A DNA stretch of 64,000 bases from an uncultured Bacteroidales bacterium (GCA_947169105.1 CAMVOL010000007.1:6005-70004); one strand, 5' to 3'. Counted from the stretch's first letter, positions 1-8,666 are shown. A program made the numbers and translations. The notes: generated from the letters alone by a model not told the origin.

Positions 1-362
1 AGTGCGGCCTGCCAGGTCCACAGCCACACGACGGCGCCGGCGAGGTAGGTGAGCGTACCGGTGAGCATGGGGTTGCGGTTGAGGCGGTAGGGACCGTCGG
101 TCATCAGGTGCTGCGTGCGGGGCGCCACCTCGTGCCCGAAAGCGTCCATCGGGTTGCCCTTGCCCCGCCGCTTCATATAGACGATGGTCCACACACTCAG
201 CGACAGTCCGCCCAGCATCAGCACACCGGTGATGGAGGCCCTCACGGCACCGATGTGCTCCAGCTCCGGCATTCCGGAGGCCAGCCACATCACGGTCGGC
301 ATCAAGGCCACAAAGAGCACGCCGCCCAATACATAACCGATGATTTCACGCAATAGTTTCAT
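1..362 (-). CDS. Isoprenylcysteine carboxylmethyltransferase (ICMT/PEMT)-family membrane protein, runs off the window edge
   Basis: Manual translation from ATG at 362: MKLLREIIGYVLGGVLFVALMP...GKGNPMDAFGHEVAPRTQHLMTDGPYRLNRNPM; the L-x-T-x-GPY-x-x-x-RNPM motif and TM helices fit this family. Confidence 0.75.
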   Translation of the reverse strand, partial: MKLLREIIGYVLGGVLFVALMPTVMWLASGMPELEHIGAVRASITGVLMLGGLSLSVWTIVYMKRRGKGNPMDAFGHEVAPRTQHLMTDGPYRLNRNPMLTGTLTYLAGAVVWLWTWQAA

Positions 363-509
363 GGTTCCAAAAAAAATAATTTAGTCCCGCGACTGCGCTG
401 ACTTCTGCAGACCATTCTCTGCGCGTATCAGCGAGATCTGCGGGAAAACATTCAAGCCGCAAAAATAGGGAAAAATGTCGTACTTTTGCGGAGTTAATCA
501 AACCACATT

Positions 510-1256
510 ATGTCAATAGCAAGATATTTCAAATTGGTCATGATTCTGATGGCCTCCGTCATGATGACCTCCTGCATCGCCTACCGTCCGCAGGTGGCGG
601 AGATGCCGCTCATTCACGAAAAGGGAGAACTTCAGCTGAACGGAAGCGTCGGGCTCTCAGCACCCCTCGGTGATGCGTATATCGGTACGACAACTTCCTA
701 CGGTGCCACCGACTGGCTGGCGGTGCAGGCCCACGTCAACTGGAACGGCTACAAAGGCGGTTACGGACACGCGGCGGTCGGTGCGTTCAAGGCATGGAAC
801 CATGCTGTTTTGGAAGGATACATCGGTTACGGCTTCGGCGGCAACAAATGGAAAAACGAAAACACGGGACGCGAATTCACCTCCCGCTACCATCTGCCGT
901 TCGCACAGCTCGAATTCGGCTGGGCTGGCATCGCAAACGGCCATATCGACATCGGCTTGGGCGTGAAAGGCGGTTGCCTGTTCCCGAACCTCGTTGACCG
1001 TAAGCCCGCCACCGAAAACCATCCCGAGAGCATCGTGCGCTCCACTGTCCCCGTGGCCCTGCTGGAGCCGCAGCTCTTTTTCCGTGCCGGCGGCAAGCAC
1101 CTGAAGTGGACTTTCAATCTCGGCTACAGCCAGCTGTGGGGCACCGGACCCGACCGGGAAGCCTTTGCCGGCACCAACGCCATCTATATGCCCTTCACCA
1201 TCAACATGGGCATCACTTACGACTTCAACGTTTTCACCAAGAAAGGGGAGAGGTAG
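510..1256 (+). CDS. Hypothetical lipoprotein / outer-membrane protein
   Basis: 248-aa ORF with lipobox-like MMTSC, alternating beta-strand pattern and aromatic C-terminal strand; -7 promoter at 481. Confidence 0.7.
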   Translation: MSIARYFKLVMILMASVMMTSCIAYRPQVAEMPLIHEKGELQLNGSVGLSAPLGDAYIGTTTSYGATDWLAVQAHVNWNGYKGGYGHAAVGAFKAWNHAVLEGYIGYGFGGNKWKNENTGREFTSRYHLPFAQLEFGWAGIANGHIDIGLGVKGGCLFPNLVDRKPATENHPESIVRSTVPVALLEPQLFFRAGGKHLKWTFNLGYSQLWGTGPDREAFAGTNAIYMPFTINMGITYDFNVFTKKGER

Positions 1257-1337
1257 CATCTGTCCCGCTGCCACCGCCGAATTCCGCAGACTTTTTCTGC
1301 GAGTTTCTGCGAGATCTGCGGGAAAACATCCGCGGGA

Positions 1338-1721
1338 TTACAGTTTCGCCATGAACTTCGCGCTCTCCACCACGAACCGCTCGTGGATGCCCTCGCCGAT
1401 GAGGGTGTCGCCCTCGAAGCACTTCACGGCGAACACCAGACGGCGGCGGTCCACCTCCACCAGTTCGGCCTCGCACCGGATGGTGGCGCCCACGGGACTG
1501 GCTTTCAAGTGCTTGATATTGACGGCGATGCCGACGGTGGTGTTGCCCTCACCGACCTTATCGCAAACGGCCATCAGGCAGGTTTTCTCCATCAGGGCAA
1601 TCATGGCGGGGGTGGCAAACACCTCCAATGCGCCGGAGCCATAGACCGCGGCGGTGTCCTTGTGCTCCACCACCAGCTGCTCGCTGTGGCGGAGGCCTTT
1701 CAAAATGTTGTATTCTGTCAT
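1338..1721 (-). CDS. Hotdog-fold thioesterase, FlK (fluoroacetyl-CoA thioesterase) family
   Basis: Motifs GSGALEVFATPAMIALME, TVG...HLKASPVG, GEGIHERF; start trimmed to MTEYNIL at 1721. Confidence 0.9.
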   Translation of the reverse strand: MTEYNILKGLRHSEQLVVEHKDTAAVYGSGALEVFATPAMIALMEKTCLMAVCDKVGEGNTTVGIAVNIKHLKASPVGATIRCEAELVEVDRRRLVFAVKCFEGDTLIGEGIHERFVVESAKFMAKL

Positions 1722-2013
1722 AATAATTGATGTGAGGTTATAAAAATAGATTGCAATTTTGTCGGAGCCAATGCGGGAAGACAGGATCGGAAAAATAGAT
1801 TTTTTTGCAGCAAATCCTGCTTGGCATTGGCAAAAATACAAAATTATCTTGTAACAAAGAAATTAGTAATAAATTTATTAGTAATCATTTTATTACAAGA
1901 TTGGCGAGATATTGCATTTAATGTCATTTTATTGATTATCAATATTATAGGTAGATAAAAATCGTCGCTAATTCCGATTTCTACCCCAAATTCGCCACCC
2001 TGAAATTTCAAAA

Positions 2014-2238
2014 TTATTCCTCAGATTTATCCTCTTTGTTCGATTTCTTAATCTGTTCAAACCCTTGGTCAAAGAACCAAAATATAACCGTAAATAACAC
2101 ACCGCTCACCAGTCCGCCAATGATGGAGCGGCGCAAACTGAGGCCCGAGCACAGCCAATCCACCAGAAAGAAGGCAATCGTAACAGCGATAAATTCGATG
2201 AGATAAAACGTCCAATTTCTTTTCTTGAAAATATTCAT
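2014..2238 (-). CDS. Small two-TM hypothetical protein
   Basis: 74-aa ORF with two hydrophobic segments; -7 promoter TACTTTTG at 2262-2269 on the minus strand. Confidence 0.65.
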   Translation of the reverse strand: MNIFKKRNWTFYLIEFIAVTIAFFLVDWLCSGLSLRRSIIGGLVSGVLFTVIFWFFDQGFEQIKKSNKEDKSEE

Positions 2239-2298
2239 ATTCGCTGTTTTTTTGGGGTTGGCAAAAGTACTATGATTCTGGGTTTTGAATTACATTAA

Positions 2299-3057
2299 CT
2301 ATCGACGTGGGCCGACCGTTGAGCCGCCGGTGCAGCGACAATTGATAACAGGATGACAATCGTCAGAAACAGTCCCGTACGTGAGTGTGCTGCCTCCACT
2401 GAGTTCCACTTCCAAACTGGAACAGCAGGTAACATCGGCAAAGCTGCCGCCACTCATGCCGCCAAATATCATCGGAGCGTTAAGGTCGACGGCATTCAGA
2501 TGGCTGGCACCGCTAAGGTCAATCTCCATAAAAGTGTGACCGATACCATTCGTTGTGATGGTGGAAGCCCCAGAAAGATTGGTGAAAATCTTATAAGCAT
2601 CCATTGATCCTGTGTATGTGGATGCACCGGAAAGATTAAGATGAACTTTTTCGGCGGAGATATTGCCGCTGTAGATAGAGGCTCCAGAAAGGTTAATGTC
2701 AAGTTGATCACCCTCGAGATTCCCGGTGAACGAAGACGCTCCACTTAGATTGAGTTCTAAAATCGTATTTGCAGGGATGACGGCCGTTGCTGGATCATCG
2801 TATCTCGTGTTCGGTTTGAATCCGATGTGCAGCTTGCCGTTCTTCACCTCCACCAAAACTCTTTCGTGGGCACGTTCGTTCACCGTAACAACCACATTAT
2901 TCACTTGGTCGCTCATTGTCACTTGGAAAGCGTCGCTGACATCAAGGCCGTTGTATATGCCGTCGATGGGATAGTCGCGGGTCGTAGGGCGCCCCCAGTC
3001 TTTCGTGCATCCAACGAATAAAATGCATATAAATAGCATGATAAATACTCGTTTCAT
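2299..3057 (-). CDS. DUF2807 / GIN-domain beta-helix lipoprotein (putative adhesin-like)
   Basis: Lipobox LFVGC; repeated (I/L)NLSGAS units typical of DUF2807. Confidence 0.85.
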   Translation of the reverse strand: MKRVFIMLFICILFVGCTKDWGRPTTRDYPIDGIYNGLDVSDAFQVTMSDQVNNVVVTVNERAHERVLVEVKNGKLHIGFKPNTRYDDPATAVIPANTILELNLSGASSFTGNLEGDQLDINLSGASIYSGNISAEKVHLNLSGASTYTGSMDAYKIFTNLSGASTITTNGIGHTFMEIDLSGASHLNAVDLNAPMIFGGMSGGSFADVTCCSSLEVELSGGSTLTYGTVSDDCHPVINCRCTGGSTVGPRR

Positions 3058-3203
3058 ATCTGTGTCGTCTTTTTTTTTTCGACTGCAAAAGTACTAAAAA
3101 ATCATATATAAAATTATGATTTATAGTTATTTATAAAAATAACTTTTTAAAAAAGTTTAACAAGGTTTAACAAAAAAAGTTTGGTGAGTCCATTCTTTCC
3201 TTT

Positions 3204-3211
3204 TACCTTTG
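3204..3211 (+). promoter_or_regulatory. Bacteroidetes -7 promoter element for the glycosylase-like/deiminase operon
   Basis: TACCTTTG about 50 nt upstream of ATG 3263; preceded by tandem GTTTAACAA at 3155 and 3165. Confidence 0.7.
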
Positions 3212-3262
3212 CATTCGAAAGTTATTAAAAATCAAACTATTAAACTATTAAAAATTAAAGTT

Positions 3263-3931
3263 ATGGAAAAAAAAGAAATCGAAGATTTACTACAAGTGCC
3301 ATTAAAAAGTTTAAAACCGCTGACGCCTGTGGAAACATTTAAAACGATTGCTGAAAAGTTGATAAACAATTATTGTATCAAATGCGGGAATAATGAATAC
3401 TACTTGGCTGAAATAGAATTCTATTACTATAGAGAAAAAGACAAGGATTGTTTTGAAGAAGGAAAGAAGAATTGGGAAGAAATCACTTATCCTCGAAAGA
3501 CTAATGCAGGGGATTTATTTTTTCATTTAAGTGGTATAGACATCTGTTTTAAAAGTGATTTGAAAAAAGATAAAAGAGGACTGGTTGGCTATGGTGGTGG
3601 AATATTGATTCGAGCTATCGTAGATGCAAACAACCCCAAAAAACTCATTGTTGGGCCTTTGACATGCAAAGACGTGATTTTAAATTCTTGTGAAGGAAAA
3701 GAAATGCCAAGCCTTGAGCCTGCATCACGACAACGCAACATCACACCTTCTAATGCATATCGTTATTTAGGAAAAACAGATTTTGATTCTATAGCAGAAC
3801 AGAAGAACAGAGATGGTACCCTTGAATTGGCTTTCTATGATTCTAATATACAGGAAAAAGAATGGAATTATGCGAGATCTTCGTATTATTCAAGTAGATT
3901 AAAACCTGATTTTGCAAAAGAAAGAAATTAG
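3263..3931 (+). CDS. Hypothetical protein with divergent 3-methyladenine DNA glycosylase (AAG/MPG)-like motifs
   Basis: IAEKLI...LAEIEFYY, GDLFFHLSGIDICF, GGGILIRAI and VGPLTC parallel AAG motifs VARDLLG...IVETEAY, G.LYVY..YG..C, AVLIRA and GPGKLC; AT-rich; own -7 promoter at 3204. Confidence 0.6.
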   Translation: MEKKEIEDLLQVPLKSLKPLTPVETFKTIAEKLINNYCIKCGNNEYYLAEIEFYYYREKDKDCFEEGKKNWEEITYPRKTNAGDLFFHLSGIDICFKSDLKKDKRGLVGYGGGILIRAIVDANNPKKLIVGPLTCKDVILNSCEGKEMPSLEPASRQRNITPSNAYRYLGKTDFDSIAEQKNRDGTLELAFYDSNIQEKEWNYARSSYYSSRLKPDFAKERN

Positions 3932-3935
3932 AAAT

Positions 3936-4766
3936 ATGCTAACCGACCACCTTACCAACACCGTTTTCCTCTCCGATTGGCTTTCAAAGGAGTGTTCTAT
4001 ACTGTATCAGAGTCTTACGAAGACACTTCGGGACAATGCCGTGGATTTTCGGATTTTGGGCAACACCAACGACATCTGGTGCCGCGACTACATGCCCATA
4101 CAAACGGATGAAAAGCGTTTTGTGTCTTACAAATACTATCCCAACTATCTGGTGGATAAACATCAAGAGCAATATATCACAAATGTCAGGGATGTGGGAA
4201 ACGTGTATTTTCTTCATCGGACTGAAGTGGTGCCTTTGGACTTGGTGCTCGACGGCGGCAACGTGGTGAAATGCGGCAACAAAGTGGTGATGACGGAAAA
4301 GGTGTTTGTGGAAAACAACGACCGGTCGCGCAACGAGGTGCAACGGCTTTTGGAAGATGCCTTTCGGTGCGACATCGTTTTCTTGCCGTGGGACGAGAAC
4401 GAGAAGTGCGGTCACAGCGACGGCATCATCCACTATGTGGGCGGCAACCGCGTGCTGCTGACCAACTACGACGATTTCGATAAAAGTTTTGCACAAGATT
4501 TTCTCCGGATTTTGGAGAAGCATTTCGATGTTAAAACACTGAAATACAACGTGGAGAAAACAGACAAAAACAGTTGGGCCTACATCAACTTTTTACAAGT
4601 AGGCAATCTGGTGCTCGTCCCGCAACTGGGCATCCCGGAGGATGATCAAGCCCTTCAACAGATTGCGGAAGCAATGCCGCAGTGCAAAGTCGTTGGTGTA
4701 CCGGCAGGGGAAGCCGTACGCAAAGGCGGCGCATTGAATTGCATATCATGGAATATTAAATTGTAG
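3936..4766 (+). CDS. Agmatine deiminase / peptidylarginine deiminase family protein (pentein fold), cytoplasmic
   Basis: Catalytic motifs WCRDYMP, DGGNV, GHSDG and GGALNCISW intact; starts 4 nt after the upstream stop; no signal peptide. Confidence 0.9.
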   Translation: MLTDHLTNTVFLSDWLSKECSILYQSLTKTLRDNAVDFRILGNTNDIWCRDYMPIQTDEKRFVSYKYYPNYLVDKHQEQYITNVRDVGNVYFLHRTEVVPLDLVLDGGNVVKCGNKVVMTEKVFVENNDRSRNEVQRLLEDAFRCDIVFLPWDENEKCGHSDGIIHYVGGNRVLLTNYDDFDKSFAQDFLRILEKHFDVKTLKYNVEKTDKNSWAYINFLQVGNLVLVPQLGIPEDDQALQQIAEAMPQCKVVGVPAGEAVRKGGALNCISWNIKL

Positions 4767-4814
4767 AAGGATGGAAAGGCTGCTGTCTGGAACGCGAACA
4801 GGATGCTTTATTCC

Positions 4815-5939
4815 TTATGCCTCTTTGACTTCGCACAGAAGCAGGTCGCCGCAGTTCGCATGGACCTCTTCGAAGATTTCCCTGCATCGTTGCGCGCTCA
4901 TCCTGTTTTTCGTTCCCACTTCCATCATGTCTTTCAAGGTAGGGTGGCCTGTGCCGTTGACGGAAGTGGCGTGTTCGCCATTATAACCCTCCGTGCAGAG
5001 CGTCAAGTCGTATGCGGGAGCAAGATGCCAAGTGTATTGTCCTTTTCTGACTTCCGAAACCATGAAACTGAAATTCTTGCAGTGGTCGTCCTTGTTGTCA
5101 GTCAGATAGTTAAAAACCATTCGACGGTACATCTCCTCCACCTCTTTGGCATTTTGGGTGAGGAAGCCTGTCAGCGCAAGAAGGTTGTTGTAGTCGAGAA
5201 ACGGTGTGTTTAACGACAGACACAGCAATCCGCCTGCCGTGGCGGTATGGATGCGATCGCCGTTGGGCGCAATGTCGAAACGACGTGTCGTAAAATAGCG
5301 TCCGTTGGTCAGTTTGCAATCGGGGACATCAATACCGCATTGTTTGGCCACCTCGTTATAGTGTAGCTCCTGCTGCCCGATGTCCACAGGATCATAATAG
5401 TGACGGAACTTGATAAGCCAATGTCCCTCACTATCGCTGAAAACGGCCTTGGGACGTGCCCCGCCGCTATTTCCACTTTTGTAAAGAAGCAATCCGGCAT
5501 CGGTGTCTTGTTGTTCTTTCAACACCTCTAGAGCTTTCTGTTGAAGCAAGTCAAAATCAGTTATGTTATTCTCTTTAACAACCACTGTTTCAGGATGATA
5601 GATTAAAGCACCCATACCCCCATCGCCCACGATGCTCAATCTGTCAATGGCAGAAAGGTCGGCATCATTGATGCCTTCTCGCAGCAAGGCCTTGTGAAGC
5701 AGGTAGCGGCCATAGCCATCGGGAAGACTGTCTTCAAAGATGCCAAAATTACCATGAAAAGGCTGGGGCTTGGCAATAAACAAGCCCGTTTTTAATGGGA
5801 GCTCCAAGGGCGAAATGCTGAACCCGTCAGCCAGCCATGTGCGGTCATACTCAAAGGCACAGAGGCGGTCGTCGGGGGTGAGGGAAAGCATCCCGACAAT
5901 ATTATCGTGATATTTGATGGTTAATTTGTCTATGTTCAT
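4815..5939 (-). CDS. hipA: HipA-family Ser/Thr kinase toxin with N-terminal couple_hipA domain
   Basis: Motifs SGNSGGARPKA, NYLTDNKDDHCKNFSF, LAPAYDL; N-terminal CAFEYD...FSISPLELPL. Confidence 0.9.
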   Translation of the reverse strand: MNIDKLTIKYHDNIVGMLSLTPDDRLCAFEYDRTWLADGFSISPLELPLKTGLFIAKPQPFHGNFGIFEDSLPDGYGRYLLHKALLREGINDADLSAIDRLSIVGDGGMGALIYHPETVVVKENNITDFDLLQQKALEVLKEQQDTDAGLLLYKSGNSGGARPKAVFSDSEGHWLIKFRHYYDPVDIGQQELHYNEVAKQCGIDVPDCKLTNGRYFTTRRFDIAPNGDRIHTATAGGLLCLSLNTPFLDYNNLLALTGFLTQNAKEVEEMYRRMVFNYLTDNKDDHCKNFSFMVSEVRKGQYTWHLAPAYDLTLCTEGYNGEHATSVNGTGHPTLKDMMEVGTKNRMSAQRCREIFEEVHANCGDLLLCEVKEA

Positions 5940-6280
5940 TTCCTATACGCTTTTGTCTTGCCGGAATTATGGCGTATTTGCGTCAGTTCTTCCATAGTTG
6001 AGTATTTTGGGGTGGCGAAAACGCTTTTGATTTCAGCGGTGTAGCCCAATGCCATTGCCAGCATGATCAGGTTTTTCAGTGAGATGAGACCTTTTTGTTC
6101 GAACCGTGCCACGTTGCTTACGGCGACACTGGCTTGCTCGGCCACTTGCTCGCGTGTCAAACCCTTCTCCACCCTGCGGTGGCGGAAATCAGCCGCTATC
6201 TGCATGCTGATGGCATCGGCATTATCGTGCAAATAGCCCTCAAGAACTGACAATATATTGTCTGTATTGTTTGTATTCAT
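5936..6280 (-). CDS. XRE-family HTH antitoxin (HipB-like)
   Basis: RRVEKGLTREQVAEQASVAVSNVARFEQKG helix-turn-helix; 4-bp overlap with the hipA start. Confidence 0.85.
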   Translation of the reverse strand: MNTNNTDNILSVLEGYLHDNADAISMQIAADFRHRRVEKGLTREQVAEQASVAVSNVARFEQKGLISLKNLIMLAMALGYTAEIKSVFATPKYSTMEELTQIRHNSGKTKAYRK

Positions 6281-6375
6281 ATAGAAACAACTAAAATATT
6301 AGCAGTTGCAAAAATACATTTTTTTGGGATAATATCAATATGAAAAGAGAAAAAATGTTTTCCGGCAGTTGTTTT

Positions 6376-6825
6376 CTATAGATAATTCACCACCCCGAAC
6401 ACACAGTGGCACACCGTGAAGCCGACGGCTGATACTACGGCCGGCAGGTTCTTGCGGTCGATGGCAAAAAGGATGAATGCCAAACAGGGCGGGAGGGTCA
6501 GCAGAAGAATCACCCACGGAGCGGTGATGCCGGCATAGTACAACAGCCATCCGATGTAATACGCTGCTAAACAGGCGATAGTTGCAACCACCAACGGGGA
6601 GAAACGGAACTCGCTCCGTTCTTTGTGGATGACAAAGCAGAGGCTCGCCACGGTCAGCACCTGAAAAACCGAGCCGATGATGTCCACCACCGGTGTGACG
6701 GACTCCGTACGCAGGATGTCATCCGGCGCGGGAACGGCAAACCAGATGAAGTTCGGGAGCATCACCAACAGGAAAAGGAGAAGCCCCCAAAAGTCGAAGC
6801 CGAAACGGTAATTTTGCAGCTTCAT
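6376..6825 (-). CDS. Hypothetical multi-pass membrane protein
   Basis: From MKLQNYRF, about five hydrophobic helices; the ORF caller extends it upstream through the catA-like remnant. Confidence 0.7.
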   Translation of the reverse strand: MKLQNYRFGFDFWGLLLFLLVMLPNFIWFAVPAPDDILRTESVTPVVDIIGSVFQVLTVASLCFVIHKERSEFRFSPLVVATIACLAAYYIGWLLYYAGITAPWVILLLTLPPCLAFILFAIDRKNLPAVVSAVGFTVCHCVFGVVNYL

Positions 6826-6826
6826 T

Positions 6827-7076
6827 TCAGCATTCCGCTTTGGTGATTGTTCTCTGTAACCGCTCCAAAACCGGGCTGCATCGCCGCCGTCCATCTGCAC
6901 GTGGTGGAATTGGAACGACACGGGCAACGTGGCCTTGAACCAGCGCTTGCGGTACTTGCCCCACATCACCATCGGGTTGAGGAACTTGTCGGTGTATTGG
7001 TTCACTACGCAGTCGAGTTCGGTCTGGATCATGGCGGAGGTGCCGACAATCATATAGCCGTCAAGGAAACGGCTCT
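6827..7076 (-). pseudogene. Truncated 3' duplicate of the CatA-like acetyltransferase, with a 1-nt frameshift
   Basis: Highly similar to about 7850-8090; A4 at 6867-6870 versus A5 at 7880-7884; the 5' two-thirds is missing. Confidence 0.85.
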
Positions 7077-7113
7077 ATAGAATAACAGTGGCAGTACACT
7101 TCATCAAACAATA

Positions 7114-7834
7114 TTATTGATGAAGTTCATCTTCAAAGGTACAATTCTTCCAAAACCACCAAATTCCCAAGCCCAGCGACAAGAGGCTGGCAAGAAGGAT
7201 AAGCAGGCAAATGACATTGGTTTGACCACTTAAATCAATGAAAGAGAGGGAATTGTTGACAATATGAATAATAATGCAAGGGATGATGCTTTGGGTGCGC
7301 CAATAGAGCCAGCCAAGGATTATGCCGAATGTCATGGCCCCGAAAAAACCTATAAATCCATGAAACAAACCAAAAACAAAAGCAGAAATGAGAATGCTCA
7401 ACCACAGGCGGCAGCGTGCATTTAGCAGGCCGCCAAGCAATACACCACGAAAACCTATCTCTTCCGCTATGGGACCGAAAATACTGCCATAAAGTATGGC
7501 GGCTATTCCAGAAAAAATCTCTTGACTGCGCTCTTTCATTTGTTCAGTTGCCTCCGAGAAAAGCAGGTCATAATTAATCAATTCGAAAAACGACATTAAG
7601 GCAAGCAGGTTGGCTACGGAAATCAGGACAGATATTCCCAACACTAACCAAATCATACGCCTATAAAACGGTGACAATAAGCAAACTTCCCATCAGACTC
7701 GACCAACCCATAATGTCATAATCTAAATGGTCTGAAAAAATATCACATAGAATACCGCCCATTATGATTGGCGCAAGAAACAATAGACACCAAAACAGAA
7801 AATGTTTGATTGTTCTTCCTATATCTTCATTCAT
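7114..7834 (-). pseudogene. CPBP (CAAX/Abi) intramembrane metalloprotease split into a 57-aa N-terminal ORF (7661-7834) and a C-terminal ORF (7114-7677)
   Basis: The C-terminal part has PIAEEIGFRG, FGLFH and IIIHIVNNS motifs; the hydrophobic N-terminal part overlaps it in another frame at 7661-7677. Confidence 0.65.
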
Positions 7835-7845
7835 AGTACTGCTTT

Positions 7846-8463
7846 TTATAGGGTCACTATCGTTTGCTGCAGCCGTTCCAAAAACCGAGCCGCGTCGCCG
7901 CCGTCCATCTGCACGTGGTGGAACTGGAACGACACGGGCAGCGTGGCCTTGAACCAGCTCTTGTGGTACTTGCCCCACATTACCATCGGGTTGAGGAACT
8001 TGTCGGTATATTGATTCACCACGCAGTCGAGCTCGGTCTGGATCATGGCGGAGGTGCCGACAATCATGTATCCTTCGAGGAAGCTGCTTTGGCACTCCTC
8101 CGCCACCCGGGTGGTCAGTTCCAGATAGTCGCGGTTGAATTGCTGGAGGTCGGCGGAATAGGGGATGTCGCACGAGTTGATGCCGCCTTTGCGGTTGCGC
8201 ACCACCACGTTGATGGCCATCTGGTCGTAACGGAACAGCTTGCCGCCCTCTGGCAGCAGGTAGAGCTCTTCGGTTTCGTTGGCCGCCTTGCCGATGCACC
8301 AGCACATCAGCGTGTTGAATTTGATGTGTTGCCTTTTGCTGAGCTTCAGCAAGTGGCTGACATTCATCGTTTTCACCAATGTCACCATCGGCATCGGCGC
8401 GTTCAGCCACATCTCGAAGGCGAACGCTCGGTTGGTCTCTTGTGGGTTGATTTCGTGTTTCAT
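7846..8463 (-). CDS. CatA-like (chloramphenicol acetyltransferase family) O-acetyltransferase
   Basis: C-terminal LPVSFQFHHVQMDG matches the CAT catalytic HH..DG motif; 205 aa. Confidence 0.85.
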   Translation of the reverse strand: MKHEINPQETNRAFAFEMWLNAPMPMVTLVKTMNVSHLLKLSKRQHIKFNTLMCWCIGKAANETEELYLLPEGGKLFRYDQMAINVVVRNRKGGINSCDIPYSADLQQFNRDYLELTTRVAEECQSSFLEGYMIVGTSAMIQTELDCVVNQYTDKFLNPMVMWGKYHKSWFKATLPVSFQFHHVQMDGGDAARFLERLQQTIVTL

Positions 8464-8580
8464 ATTTTTTTTGCAAAAATCGCAATTTATCCTTTATGGA
8501 AGAGGGGTTGGGGAAAATATTTTCTACAGACACCACTAATGAGGAGTATTTTCTAAAAGATTGATGCTTTTTGAGAGCGC

Positions 8581-8663
8581 GTGCCTCTGGCACGCCATTG
8601 TCTGTACGCCCTGCTTCCACCCCACATTGCATGTGGGGTTATTGAAAATGGCTCCCTTTGGGA
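8581..8663. repeat. Composite REP-like triple-hairpin element
   Basis: GTGCC-tct-GGCAC (8581-8593), CCCCACAT-tgc-ATGTGGGG (8620-8638), TCCC-ttt-GGGA (about 8653-8663). Confidence 0.55.
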
Positions 8664-8666
8664 ACG

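Noticed and set aside
3266-3275. Phase-variable A8 tract at the start of the glycosylase-like gene (and T10 near 3070)
   Set aside because: The tract is in frame and short, and such runs are expected in AT-rich DNA.
7846-8463. Calling this a chloramphenicol-resistance gene (catA)
   Set aside because: Only the family motif is supported and the substrate is unverified, so no symbol is given.
7661-8632. 323-aa ORF overlapping the catA-like gene
   Set aside because: It is an off-frame read of the acetyltransferase; only the last 57 aa, from ATG 7834, look coding.
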